A stretch of DNA of 64,000 nt from Eukaryota sp. TZLM1-RC. Lineage: Eukaryota > Protista > Metamonada: BaSk clade. The notes under the pieces are model-generated. The model searched no databases, was not told the DNA's origin, and worked only from the letters and a program-made list of their open reading frames with translations. The DNA lies in contig JAUPSS010000003.1 in NCBI GenBank assembly GCA_040285825.1, forward strand, positions 620,001-684,000. The letters are read 5' to 3'. The position numbers were made by a program, and so were the translations under genes. This document shows, piece by piece, positions 46,200 through 57,952 of the stretch. Within the stretch, counting starts at the first letter, position 1. Every line of letters starts with the position of its first letter.

Positions 46200-48295
46200 A
46201 TATATTTTTTTTAATTAATTTTAATTTTATTCTAAACCTATAAATCAACATCTAAAAAATCCATCTCTCCCAAAACAAAAACACTAGATGCAACTCTCTC
46301 ATAGTGAGATCCAAGAGAAAGCAAAGCATCAGAAACCATCTTCAACATCCCCTTAAAAATAGAAAACACAATTCTATTTTGCCAAAACAATCTGTTGAAA
46401 TTTCTGCCAGTTCTTCTCTTTACAATCATTTCAAAATCATCCAAAAACGTAAAGCAGTTGGTGCAAGTGAACCAAAAAGGGAAAATACAAATGGATACAA
46501 ATTGTATTTTGCATGCTGTAGACTGGCCAATTTGGACAAAGGTTCATTGTATTTTTTGAATATAAAATTTTCATCATTTGAAAGGGGATTATGAATTTCA
46601 GAATTAACAAGCCTTTCATTTGAGGCATTACATGGATCAACAGACATTACATCCAATAAAATGAAGCTTCCATCTAATACAGGTAATATGACATCACCTC
46701 TATTATTCTTATGAAAATCATTTTCAGCATCAAACAGATTTGACAACAAAGGTTCCAAGAAGGATTCAATTCTATGAGATTTACACATACAATATAACTG
46801 GTCTCTTACAGCATCATGAACCTTGCTTCTAAAAAGTAATAAAATGTTTACAATTTAACAAATGAGTAGTTGTAATTTCTCAAGAACATTTACAAATTAA
46901 ATTATGAGGTAAATTATCAGGCCAGATAAAGGAACGAAATCTCATATTTAGAGTCCAAGCAGAATCGGATAAGAGAGTACCATAAACTTGTGGAATTGTT
47001 GTTACTAAGGCAGAAGAAGTACTGTCACACATATCTTGTAAAAGATTTGCAAAAGCGGGATTCTTTTTCTTGGCCAAGCCAAGTCTAACATCAAAATCCA
47101 AGCTTTCAAAAATCTTTGACAATTTTTGTTGAAGCTTTTTACAGCAAAACTGTAAATTAAATAGAGATCGGTTTGGAATTTCTTGAATTGATTGAGGAAA
47201 ACATTTGGTCCAAATTTGTGGCGGTAATTTTTCAAGTTCACAAGATAACTCATACAAATAGGGACTACAATTGGGGACTAACAGATGAGAATCATCAGGA
47301 AATCTACGAGAAAATTCATAAATAAAATTTTTGCCACCACCCAAGAATGCTGATTGACACAAAATTGAAGATTTAGTAAATCCAATACCCCCCAAATTTG
47401 CTGAAGAAAATAAGTGACTTTTCAACATTCCTGGTTCTACATCCAATAAATCAGCAAAAAATTCTGTTCTCAATGAATTGAATGAACGACAAAAATCTAA
47501 TGCTATGGAAGGAGCACAAGATCTCAAAATGTGGGTTATTCTCCCAGTGTAGCAAATTTTAAGCATGAAAAATTTAATATGCTTTTCAATATCTAAAGAA
47601 GAAATTGAATCAAGTTCAATTTTCATTTTTTCCAAAATAACTTGCAATTCATTATGAATTTGAGGCACATTTCCTAACCAACAACCAAGGAACTTAAAAG
47701 CATCACTACTATAATTAGTAAAAGGGACAATAGAATCGTTTATCACAAGGTCTTGAGCAGAAGAGCCAATCAGAAGGCATTTGCTGGCATTAAGATGAAG
47801 CCCAATATTTTCATATGAATCGGCAATTTCTTGAGCAACCAATTCTAGTAAATCAAATGAACCAGTCAAGGATATATCATCCATATAAGCAACTATTTTT
47901 ATAGAAGGGTATTTTTACTTAATGATATTTAAAGTTTTGTGAATAGCTAAACAAAACAATAATGGACCTAAAGGATCACCTTGCTTCACTCCAGAAGATG
48001 ATTTAAGAGCAAATGAATTAAAAATTAAATCTGATTCTTTCCCATAAAAATGGTAGAAAAAACTCGATAGCTCAGGAAAATTAGATTTAATAACTTCAAA
48101 AATTGCTTCTCGCTTTACAGAATTAAAAGCATTTTTAAAGTCGAGATTAAAAATAAAATTATTTTCCTCTGCATTAAAAAAGGTATCAGAGGCAATAGCA
48201 GCAACCGAAGCACCATCAATTGTTTTGATTCCAAATTGATGAGGATTCAAAAATCTGAATTTAATCTTATTTTAAGGCATTGTTAAAAATAATCT
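46200..48295 (-). mobile_element. CRE-like non-LTR retrotransposon (RT plus CCHC plus REL), 5'-truncated, frameshifted
   Basis: PHQFGI, LDFKNAFNSV, GVKQGDPLGP, AYMDDI, FKFLG, CKC...HLLNC...HDAVRD, RGDV...DV and KKY; A-rich tail near 46200-46235. Confidence 0.92.
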
Positions 48296-49773
48296 TGGGA
48301 CGAAATGTAGAGATGTGTGGCAGTTGATACACTTGTCCCACCTGTGTAATGAAAATAAAAACTTTTAAAAATAAAGACTATCGGCTTTCCTGAATATCCT
48401 CAACGAACAACAAATCGGCCAAAGCAGTTTGAGCATCATTTCTGAGAAGTGTCTTAAAGCATATTAGAGAAAGTGAACAACCAGTTGCTTGCTGTAAAGG
48501 GGATGTTTGTCATGTCTAATCGAAGCAGTCCAGTCCAAGCTGAAGGAAGGGCCATTTAAATGGAAGCAGAATCTTCCTTATAAATTGCATGTGTACTCAC
48601 TTTGCTTGAACACACTCCAAGTATTCCTTAAAATATAACATCCATGAATTTTGTATTACTTTTTGCCACGATTAACCTCGCAGTCTTTTTCTCTGGTACC
48701 CAAAAAGATGAATTAATCAACGTAAAAAGAATGAGGCCCAATGATAGGTCGGTTGAATGAACACTCTGATGAAATATTAGAACTCTAAAAATAGTATCAA
48801 TGTTCGGTTATGCATTGGACGTCACCAACTTTCACGCTATATAGACACTCCAACGTTGCTTGTAGAATGATTTTGTTGTACAAATAACACAGTGCTCTTT
48901 TCAAACGCTTTAAGATGGCTGTTGTCTGTTTCAGTTCAATAAACGTTTCTAATTTTTGTTTATTGTCAATGGCATGTGAAATGTCACAACGAGGCATTTT
49001 GATATATGATGACGAACAAAGGCCTTTTACATCAAATTGCAACCCCTTTTATGCCATAATGTTGACCACTCGTGGTTTTTAACGTACGTTTTGAGTACAA
49101 ATAACCATAAATTCACCCTTTTCTTTTTTAGGCTGATTTAAATTAGTCCAACGAGAAACTAAACAACAACCCTTAAAATTCTAAATCTTCATTCTTCCAA
49201 TCAACCAAAAAGAATCGACTGGAAGTTTTTCCTTCATAGAAAAAACCAAAGATAATAAAGCAGAAGATAATAAGGTGACAACAACTTTAAAAATTGAAAA
49301 TACAATTCTGTTCTGCCAAAACATTTTGACAAAAATTCTTCCTGTACGTTGTTTCACAATTTCAACAAAATCATCCAAGAAAGATAGGAGCAAGTGGTCC
49401 AATGGATCTATGTAGGAAAAAAGGAAATGGACAAAGGACATAATGAATATGCGATTCAGCATTCACGGATAGCAACTTTGCTGTTCACTTTTTTTGAAAC
49501 ACCAATGCTTCTTTATCTATTTCTCTGTGGTTGCCAGAGGTACTCTCAAGTTCTGGGACATTTTGCCACATTGTTGTGAACTCATGCTATTTGCACTAAC
49601 TAGATTTTTTTGCAATTAGACATTTAATTTTTGCATTGGTAGATCATACTGAAAACTAGAATTGCACATTAGCAAAACCATTATTTTTAAAAATTTTAAA
49701 ACTTTCCCAATACCTCTATTACGAAATACCCCAATCAATTCCATTGATTCATTAAAGTTAGTCGTAATTCTGT
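48252..49773 (-). repeat. Inverted copy of the 23149-24684 block
   Basis: Near-identical reverse complement, with one short indel near 48810. Confidence 0.95.
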
Positions 49774-50129
49774 TTACACTGGTCACTTTCTCTTACTTCA
49801 TAAACTAGGTTCTGGTTATGTCGCAACGGAACCTTGAATATACCTCCTTGTGCAACAAGTGCTTCTCTCTCAATAGTCTTTCTTATTTTGCTCTCTTGTG
49901 TGGTTTTTATGATTTGTCTTTTTGTCATTCATTCATATTTCCCTCAGTTTCCATCTTTTCCGAGCCTTAGAACTCCCCTTGTACTCTTTCTACGTGTTCT
50001 TCTACTCATCTTTGTCACTTTTTTACGTTATATATGCAGTTGGTTCTCTTTAAAAAAAGCATATAGCAAGGGGGTTAGGGCGAGTCCAACAATTTTTTTA
50101 ACAAATTTTTTATTCAACCCATCATAATT

Positions 50130-50550
50130 TACAACTATAACAACATGTTTTATTACTTTTAGAAGCAAGGTTCACGATGCTGTAAGAGATCAATTATATT
50201 GTATGTGTAAGTTTCATTGAATTGAATCCTTTCTGGAAACTCTCTTTTCAAATCTGATACTGATGATGATTTCCATAAGAACGATAGAGGTGATGTCATA
50301 TTATCTGGATTAGATGGACCCTTCACTTTATTGATGTAATGTTTGTTGATCCTTGTAATGCCTCAAGTGAAAGGCTTGCTAATTCTGAAATTCATAGTCC
50401 TCTTTCAAATGCTGAAAATTTCACAATTAAAAATTCAATGAACGTTTATCCAAATTGTCCAGCCAACAGCATGCAAAATACAATTTGTATCTGTTTGTAT
50501 TTTCTCTATTTGGTCACTTGCTCCTACAACCATACGTTTTTTGGCAACAA
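50130..50550 (+). mobile_element. CRE-like REL fragment
   Basis: VDPCNASSERLANSEIHSPLSNAENF matches the 46426-46788 copy. Confidence 0.85.
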
Positions 50551-50615
50551 ACCACCACAGTCAAAAATATTGCAACACCTGCACTCCTCACTCTTAAAGA
50601 AGTAACACTCTGGTC

Positions 50616-53600
50616 ATGGACAAGATTTTTGTTGTGACATTACTACTTGGTCTATCCACAGCAAATCTTGTTTTAACTCTTTCAAACGTGTTCACGTCAC
50701 CATCTGACCCTATCGATAGTCAATTTGTTGTACCAATAGATTCACAACACTATTGTCAAACCCTTTACCCAATTCAATCTCAATCGCTTCTTCATTCCGC
50801 AATTCGCAAAGGCTATCTTCACCATTCCCACGATCTACTTTCGGATGTACTAGATACTTCATCTCTACACTTTTCATCTTTTCCACCTGGCCTCCGATCG
50901 AGTTGTTCTTCTGACAACCTCATCAATCCTAACTTTGATTCTTCTTCATTCCGAGATTATGTTCGCTTGAGGAATCTTGTTGCCAATTCCATTGAGTTTG
51001 ACTTTTTCCTCACCAAGTCTATTCGGACCTCTAAATTCAAACCTTTTTTTATCTCAAGCTTCAAGAATTTTTTAATAAGTTTCCAATTTCTTTTTGAATT
51101 TGAAGAATTGTTTTCTCTTTACACGGAACTACTTAATTCTTTGAATAACCCTTGCATCACTACTATACCGTTTCCTGAATTCACTTTTGAAGGATTGACT
51201 ATTTCGGAAGTGCGGAATAGGTTTTCCGTTTATTTGTTGTTCACTGTCTTCACTCATTCTTTAAATTTGTATTGCCAAACTTCTTTCAGTATTGAGGACA
51301 AACTAAATCACTTAGTTGTGGAATTGCAAACCATTCAGGAATTAAATAATTGTTTTGTTTCTTTTTTAATAAAAATTGTTTCTGAATTCAAGTCCAACTT
51401 CCACTCACAGTCACCTTTTGATTCTCCTTTACGCTTGCATCCGATTTCTGGTTGCTTTGATGCCTCAAGTCTGGTTAATTTGAATCATATTTCTCTTGAC
51501 TTGTTACCCAGTGATTTCGCTTCCAAAGTTGGCCCTGCAGTTGATCTTTTTACCTCACTAGATGGAAGGTTTTTCATTTTCAAACCAAGAAGTGCTAGAG
51601 ATGCTTTAGTCACCAAAGAAACGGCCGAGTTGGTGTTTAACCTATCTAGTATCCACCACATTAATCCAACATCTTTCAACTTTACTTCTCTTTATCATTC
51701 GTTTGTTACTGAATCTGATGTCTGTGAATCTGGTTACATTTACCTTTCTTTTCACGGTGATTGTTATCCTGCCCCTGTCGGTTCGTTTGCCTCCACTGAT
51801 GGTGTTGGCAGGGTCTGTCCCTCTCTCAATCATCCATTAGCTAAGTACACTGGTCCTGAAGGGTGGCCTGGGGATGATCATGGTAGACCATTGGGGGGAA
51901 GTTGTCCTTTTGTCTGTGATTCTGTTAATCATATCGCTGCTTTAATTGATAAAGGAAAGCTTAGTTGTGTAGAATTGGCTTATGGGTCAGTTTCTCCTGA
52001 TGGTTTGACTATTCAAGACTGTGAAGTATTTTTGACCGACTTTATTGACCCTCAGCTCGGGGTTGGGGACCTTTGCAAGTATTCCCCCAACTCCTTGTTT
52101 ATTCTTCGTTCTGAAACCACACAGCCATTCGTTTTAAAATTTCAAATTCCAGTGGTCAAATACGAAAGTCCATCTAACTTTGGGTTTTCTTTGTTTTCCA
52201 TTTACGATCCAGGCTCCAATGATTATATTCTGTTTCTTGGTCATTATTCAGGTGATTATTTCCTGGTTTATAACCATAATGTTATTGATTTTCCCATCAC
52301 AGGAAGAAAGGAGGAAACTATCGAATTTAGACTCCATTACGATTACTTTGAACTTTGGGTTGGGAATCGATTTGTTTGTTCTCAAACCTTTACATTGAAG
52401 GACCAATTTGTCTACTATTTTGGAGGACCTTTTATTGACACCAAGAACCTCAATGTTGAAGAACCTCTTAAAGAACATCTCTCGTCATTAGTTGGTTTAG
52501 TGCCATTCTTCACTGAGGACAGTGAGCAACAATGGATAAGCACAATTGCCGTCTCAAACTATCCAAACTTGGTCCCCAACCTTGGATATCCAAACTTGGA
52601 TTATTCAGTCGTTGACTTATTTGCGACTGATCTCTTTTCGAAAATTTCTGCCTCTACAACCACGCAACTCGTTTCTAACCACTCAATCAACACCTTTCCT
52701 GTTCTTCCGAGTTCTTTCAGACTTGTTGTTCAATATGATGGACCATTCACCGTCACAGTATTTGGTTTCACTGACTCTAATCAGGTGGAAAGCAGGGACT
52801 TTGGATTCTATGCTGATGAGGAATCATTTTTGTTTACTGTTTCTACTTCTATTCAGCCCTTCCAATTGACCATCTACCCATCAACGGTGGAGGTGATGGA
52901 AGTATCTGATACTGAAGACAAATCTAGACTGGCTTTTGAGTTTTACACTTTTTCGACTGTGTTTGGATTGGTTATGCTACCTTCACATTCATTTATGTCT
53001 TATCGTGCGTACTGTCCTGATGGTTCTCTGTTCAGTCCTCCTTTTTCTGTCTATGATTGCTTGTGCGATCAAGGCTATGTTATGACTCTGGGAGAGTGTA
53101 AGCAAATCCCTGAGACACATTCTTTGGGTCCTCCATTAATTACAGTTCATCAGGAAAAAATGGTAGAGGTTACAGTAAAATCATCCAAATCAACCTTTAC
53201 AACTGTCAATGTTTCTTTTAATGGAGACGAATATGTCTATCATTCCAGCTCTGGACACCTTTATTTGGAATTTGAACCTGTTGTTGGCCATTCAATCGAT
53301 ATTTATGCTGTAAGTCGTTCACTGACCCCCTCCCCCACCAATTACTCTACATCAACAAAGTCCTTCACTGTTCAAGGCTATCTACCATCACCATTGATTT
53401 ATCCTCCTTTTGGAAGTAGGGTTGAACATGAGCTGATCGTAAGAGCTGAGCTGCCTGGCTGGAATTCGTCTGATTCAGATCTTGACTTTAGGTGGGAGTA
53501 TGGTAGTGGATCCATAGTTTCTTTCTCCTCAAAGCCATTTCCTATTCGTTTGTCGACTTCTGCTGATGTTTCTATTCGTGCTTTCAAGACTGGAATGGTT

Positions 53601-54278
53601 GGGTCACCTGTGGTCAGTGGATTCTATTCAGTTGAACTACGACCTGCTATCTCATCTGAATCTGCACTCGGTCAGGTTTTCTTGTACTTGCTGACTGCAC
53701 TTGGTTCATTGGCTGCCACAATTGCGTCCTATAAATGGATAAGATTGAAGGTGGACGCCATTCAAAAGCAAAAGGAGATGGTTTTGGTTTCTTCTGAAGT
53801 TGTTCAAGATCGTCCTTTAGACCAACAAAATGAAGACTCAAAGTCTGATTTAGAGGACAATTGTTTACTTTGTGACGGGCTTGCCTCCTTCTTATGTCAT
53901 ACTTGCTCTTCGAACAGCACGGGTAGTTGTCTGTTATGCCATGGTTGCTTTATTCATCACCAGTCGTTATTCAAAACTGATCACGTTGCTTCCCGACGGC
54001 CTTTTTGTGATTGTTGTGGTAATGGGCCTCTTCCTAGGATCAGAGTCTGTTCTAGTTGTCATTTGTTGCAATGTGATGCTTGTTTGGATAGTGGAACTCA
54101 CAATTGCTTAAATCATATCAATTTTATCGAAAGGCCTTTGTGTAACCTGTGTGACAACCAAGAAGCTTTCTATTCGTGTCATTATTGTGGATTAACTGAA
54201 ATTTGTTTCAATTGTGACGAAGAAGTTCATAATATTGGTAGAAATTCCCATCATATCCGCAGTGTCATTCAATTCTAA
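50616..54278 (+). CDS. Type I membrane protein: signal peptide, Cys-containing ectodomain with an Fn3-associated-like module, TM, cytoplasmic B-box-like zinc fingers
   Basis: N-terminal hydrophobic signal; PLIYPPFG...IRAFKTG...SPVVSGFY; TM GQVFLYLLTALGSLAATIASY; C-terminal CxxC...CxxC...CxxCDxxxH repeats. Confidence 0.7.
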   Translation: MDKIFVVTLLLGLSTANLVLTLSNVFTSPSDPIDSQFVVPIDSQHYCQTLYPIQSQSLLHSAIRKGYLHHSHDLLSDVLDTSSLHFSSFPPGLRSSCSSDNLINPNFDSSSFRDYVRLRNLVANSIEFDFFLTKSIRTSKFKPFFISSFKNFLISFQFLFEFEELFSLYTELLNSLNNPCITTIPFPEFTFEGLTISEVRNRFSVYLLFTVFTHSLNLYCQTSFSIEDKLNHLVVELQTIQELNNCFVSFLIKIVSEFKSNFHSQSPFDSPLRLHPISGCFDASSLVNLNHISLDLLPSDFASKVGPAVDLFTSLDGRFFIFKPRSARDALVTKETAELVFNLSSIHHINPTSFNFTSLYHSFVTESDVCESGYIYLSFHGDCYPAPVGSFASTDGVGRVCPSLNHPLAKYTGPEGWPGDDHGRPLGGSCPFVCDSVNHIAALIDKGKLSCVELAYGSVSPDGLTIQDCEVFLTDFIDPQLGVGDLCKYSPNSLFILRSETTQPFVLKFQIPVVKYESPSNFGFSLFSIYDPGSNDYILFLGHYSGDYFLVYNHNVIDFPITGRKEETIEFRLHYDYFELWVGNRFVCSQTFTLKDQFVYYFGGPFIDTKNLNVEEPLKEHLSSLVGLVPFFTEDSEQQWISTIAVSNYPNLVPNLGYPNLDYSVVDLFATDLFSKISASTTTQLVSNHSINTFPVLPSSFRLVVQYDGPFTVTVFGFTDSNQVESRDFGFYADEESFLFTVSTSIQPFQLTIYPSTVEVMEVSDTEDKSRLAFEFYTFSTVFGLVMLPSHSFMSYRAYCPDGSLFSPPFSVYDCLCDQGYVMTLGECKQIPETHSLGPPLITVHQEKMVEVTVKSSKSTFTTVNVSFNGDEYVYHSSSGHLYLEFEPVVGHSIDIYAVSRSLTPSPTNYSTSTKSFTVQGYLPSPLIYPPFGSRVEHELIVRAELPGWNSSDSDLDFRWEYGSGSIVSFSSKPFPIRLSTSADVSIRAFKTGMVGSPVVSGFYSVELRPAISSESALGQVFLYLLTALGSLAATIASYKWIRLKVDAIQKQKEMVLVSSEVVQDRPLDQQNEDSKSDLEDNCLLCDGLASFLCHTCSSNSTGSCLLCHGCFIHHQSLFKTDHVASRRPFCDCCGNGPLPRIRVCSSCHLLQCDACLDSGTHNCLNHINFIERPLCNLCDNQEAFYSCHYCGLTEICFNCDEEVHNIGRNSHHIRSVIQF

Positions 54279-54979
54279 TTACTTGTTGTTTTTATTGAGA
54301 GTTTGTTCGTATTACTTGTGTACATTTATAAATTTCTTAAGACTTGATTTGTAAAATTCACATTCGGTGACGTTTCAAACTATCATAATTGATTACCACT
54401 GAAAAAGTCTACATTGTCTTATTGTGGTAACCACAAACCTAACTAAAATACAGGATCATTGAACAATTTACAATGTAATTCAACTCAAGAATGACATGTT
54501 GTTGTTTACACAGAAGGGGACCCATACACGAGTTTCAATTATTTGCTGATTCTATTTGGAAATCATCCAATAGCATTGAACACGGGGCTCTTGTGGTTCA
54601 TCTGAATTCATTTCAAATTCAAAAAATGTTTCCTTCACTACAGTTAAGTTGATATGCATGATGTTTTAATACTCCCAAGACTTGACGATTTTTGAAGAAA
54701 GCAGATTTGTGTTTAAAAGGAATTATTCAACAAAATTGGCCTCTGACTGAACTTACTTAAGTTGTTACTTTCAAATTCTTCGATAAGTACAACCGTTGAT
54801 AATATTGAAATTGAAACCAAATTATATTCATTTGTTACTATTCGTCATCTAGTTTTTAGGAAATACTAATGAAATCATAAAATCACTGCTGTTGTTGATT
54901 TCTGAAACATTTAATTGATGTACAGAAACACACTCAATTTACTATAATGAGACTTTGTTTTAATTCACAATTCGATGCG

Positions 54980-55200
54980 TTACTTCTCTTGCTTTCATAA
55001 AACATTTTATCAAATATTCTTCCTGTACGTTAAACACGCTTCTAACATTACAGAAACGAATGAGCAAAATGTATGTAGATATTTTAAAAATATCTGCTCC
55101 GCTCTTTTATATCAAGACCTTCATTCATTGTTTTTTGGAAAACGTGTTTGGGAGAATAATTCTTCACTGTTTGTCACCATTATGTTGCCAAGATTTGAAC
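54980..55200 (-). mobile_element. Small CRE-like REL scrap
   Basis: Matches the RTGRIFDK/FW region and the 3400-3660 scrap. Confidence 0.5.
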
Positions 55201-55786
55201 TATGAGTTAATAACGAAGTCCGTTTGTAACAAAAGTGAGATAATTTCTGTATATTCCGATGGACCAAGTTCTATTAAAAGAAACATGCATTTATTCCTAT
55301 TCATCATAGATCATTTCTACATCAAACTTTTTGATGTTCTAAATTGATAACATATCGTTCTTTATTACATGATGCTGATGGAGATATTGTTTTTAATGAG
55401 GCAAGAAATGCAAGAATTGCATGCTTTAAAGAGACTTTGCAGAAAGAAACGCTGTCATTCAATAAGTTTCGTTCTGATAAAAGAGGTAGTGGATATTTGA
55501 TGCGATTAGATAGATAACTCTAAAATTGTTGATTTGCTCTTCTGTAATATCGCAAATGATACTTTGGTTCGAAGAAGGAAACTTAAAACTGTAGGTACTT
55601 TTAAATTCAAAAAATAGAAAATGTGATGAGCATACTGGTTGTAGAAGCATCGATAGTAAATCAGAGGTCTTGAGCAACCTTATCAAGTGATTAAAACTAA
55701 TGGTAACAGGTGATTTTGTTTCATCAATTTTTAAATCCATTTCCCACCAGTAATCAAAACGAGTCAACTTTTTGTACTATTATCCT

Positions 55787-56590
55787 ATGTCATTTCCCTC
55801 TGAAGACATTATCGAAGCAGCTTTTCCTCAGAAAGTACATTGTTCTCTTGTCGAACAAGGACTGCGACGAGATGGGCGTGATTTTCTACAAAGACGTGAA
55901 ATGTCTGCAGTTCACAACTGTCTCAAATTCGCAGATGGATCATCACTAGTCAAGCTTCATGGAACTTCTGCTTTGTGTTCCATTAAATGCAGACTGGCTT
56001 CCATAGACCAAGCCCCTTCTTTTTCTGTCTCGGTCTCCTTTGCCAATGTCTGCAACTCACCAGATCAGCCACATCTTTCATCCATTCTAAACGATCTCAT
56101 TCAAAGCTATCCTCCCATCAATCTTTCCTCTCTTGATCCTCCCACTCCTAACCACAACTGGCTTATAAGCATTTCCATAACCTTTCTCAGCTCTGATGGT
56201 TCTGAACTTGATGCCGCTCTCCACTCCATCAATACTGCATTCTCCTCTTTACTTTGTCCCCAGTATTCCATTAAGGAGGACACTGGGGTTCTTTCCAGAA
56301 CAGGCAGTGTTGCTCTAACTACCCTTAACAATTATCTCGTTAGTGGAACTTTTGTAATAACAAATGATAAACTCTTATTTGATCCCACTAATAGTGAAAT
56401 CGTCAATAGTGATTCATTATTACAAGTAGTTTTAAAGTCAAATACTTCTTTGTCAAATCTTTCAGATGATGTTGATGAACGTAACTCCCAATTGACTTTA
56501 GCAAGGTGTCACCTATCCAGTGGAAGTGGGGTTGGTTGTAGTCTAGTAAGTAAAGCAATCAATTATTTGAGGGAGGTTACAGGCGTATAG
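55787..56590 (+). CDS. Exosome RNase PH-like subunit (Rrp42/43/45 group, most like Rrp43)
   Basis: GLRRDGRDFLQRR, ADGSSLVKL, DGSELDA and FDPT motifs. Confidence 0.85.
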   Translation: MSFPSEDIIEAAFPQKVHCSLVEQGLRRDGRDFLQRREMSAVHNCLKFADGSSLVKLHGTSALCSIKCRLASIDQAPSFSVSVSFANVCNSPDQPHLSSILNDLIQSYPPINLSSLDPPTPNHNWLISISITFLSSDGSELDAALHSINTAFSSLLCPQYSIKEDTGVLSRTGSVALTTLNNYLVSGTFVITNDKLLFDPTNSEIVNSDSLLQVVLKSNTSLSNLSDDVDERNSQLTLARCHLSSGSGVGCSLVSKAINYLREVTGV

Positions 56591-56726
56591 ATTGTTTATT
56601 GATAACTTTAGTTTAATTCAATTTCATTATGTTCAATGTTTAGTAGAGGTAAAAATACAATTGACAAGAAGGTTTTTAATTGTGCAGCCTTAAAAAATTA
56701 AACAGAATAAATGATCATTTTTTGAA

Positions 56727-57596
56727 TTATTCAGGAAATTTTAAATTAATTTCTTTCAAGATATCAAAAACACATACATTAAAATCAAACTTTGAATTAA
56801 ATTCTTCAATAAATACTCGGATAGTCAGTTTCAATATACTTTCTAATTCTAAATGAAATTCTTGGCTCTTTAACTCCCCATAAACAGTTTTTCTCAATTC
56901 AACCACCTTTTTCCCTATAGACCTCAAATCCAATGATTTAAACAAAATTGAAACACTTCTCTTCAAGGCAATATCAATAGCACTCAGTGTTGACAACGGG
57001 CAGCTTACTCTACTCCCCGTGGAGGGAGGAGATGGTGGTCCATTTTGCCAAATGCAACAAAGAGAATCAACTAAAGAGCCAATGTCGTTGATTTCGGGTG
57101 AATAAACGATATTTGAACAATCCTTAGGAACTTCCATAGCAAGTGCAATGTTGTGAATGGATTTTTCCGGCACTCTTGCCAGCCCAGTCCTCTTTGAATT
57201 CCTTTCTAAACAATGGTGTAATGGGGTATCAAAGTATATTGTGGCAAAAGATGCGTTGCACTGGATAGCTAGTCGTTTGTATGGAAGCCTCATTGAATGG
57301 TAGGGGTGGTTATCATCAATTATTAACAATAGAGGATCCCCTGCTGAGTTCACTGCATTGAAAGCTTTTTCAAACGCAAGTTGTTTCGTTTGATGCCACG
57401 TTTCTCTGTTCCATTCGTTTGAATTGATTGTCTGTGCTATATTGTCTAAAGAAATGATGTTAACATCAACTGATTTAGAAAACTGTAACCTTTGTGTGAA
57501 GTAAGAAGCAAGACCTTGAAGTTTCAAAGCGGATGTAGATTTAAGAGAAGCTGGCAGTCCTATAAGACAGCAAATACACACTGGAGGAGTGTTCAT
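56727..57596 (-). CDS. PSTK: O-phosphoseryl-tRNA(Sec) kinase (PSTK)/KTI12-like P-loop kinase
   Basis: GLPASLKST P-loop, IIDDNHPYHSMR and CLERNSKR...VP. Confidence 0.72.
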   Translation of the reverse strand: MNTPPVCICCLIGLPASLKSTSALKLQGLASYFTQRLQFSKSVDVNIISLDNIAQTINSNEWNRETWHQTKQLAFEKAFNAVNSAGDPLLLIIDDNHPYHSMRLPYKRLAIQCNASFATIYFDTPLHHCLERNSKRTGLARVPEKSIHNIALAMEVPKDCSNIVYSPEINDIGSLVDSLCCIWQNGPPSPPSTGSRVSCPLSTLSAIDIALKRSVSILFKSLDLRSIGKKVVELRKTVYGELKSQEFHLELESILKLTIRVFIEEFNSKFDFNVCVFDILKEINLKFPE

Positions 57597-57617
57597 TTGT
57601 TAGGCCATGACAAAGGT

Positions 57618-57875
57618 ACTGTGAATTTCACATATCATACATTCCCCTGTGAAATTCACTCCTGTTTTCAACTCCCTCAGTGTCTACTCACAGGCTGTAA
57701 GAGACATGTAGCATCATTTGACAAAGACAATCATGATCTTCATCAATGGGCTACCTCACTTAAATACACCTACTGCTTTCACAGAACAAAGCCTCGCGAC
57801 TTGATGTATCTAAGTGGATCTACCAAATGCTACTAAGGCATTTGTAGATCGGTCTCAAAAGTTTTTCAAAAAAGT
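57618..57875 (-). ncRNA. Candidate Fanzor omegaRNA scaffold / element right end
   Basis: Starts ~80 nt after the Fanzor stop; series of hairpins including GATCTACAAATGC/GCATTTGGTAGATC, CACTTAGATACATC/GGTGTATTTAAGTG and a perfect GTGAATTTCAC/GTGAAATTCAC; repeated at 45939. Confidence 0.6.
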
Positions 57876-57952
57876 CAAAAATAAAATAAAAAACTCAAAA
57901 TAAAATATCAGTTTTTCCACAGATTTTGTTTCTGTTTGCTCAGGTTCCCCAT

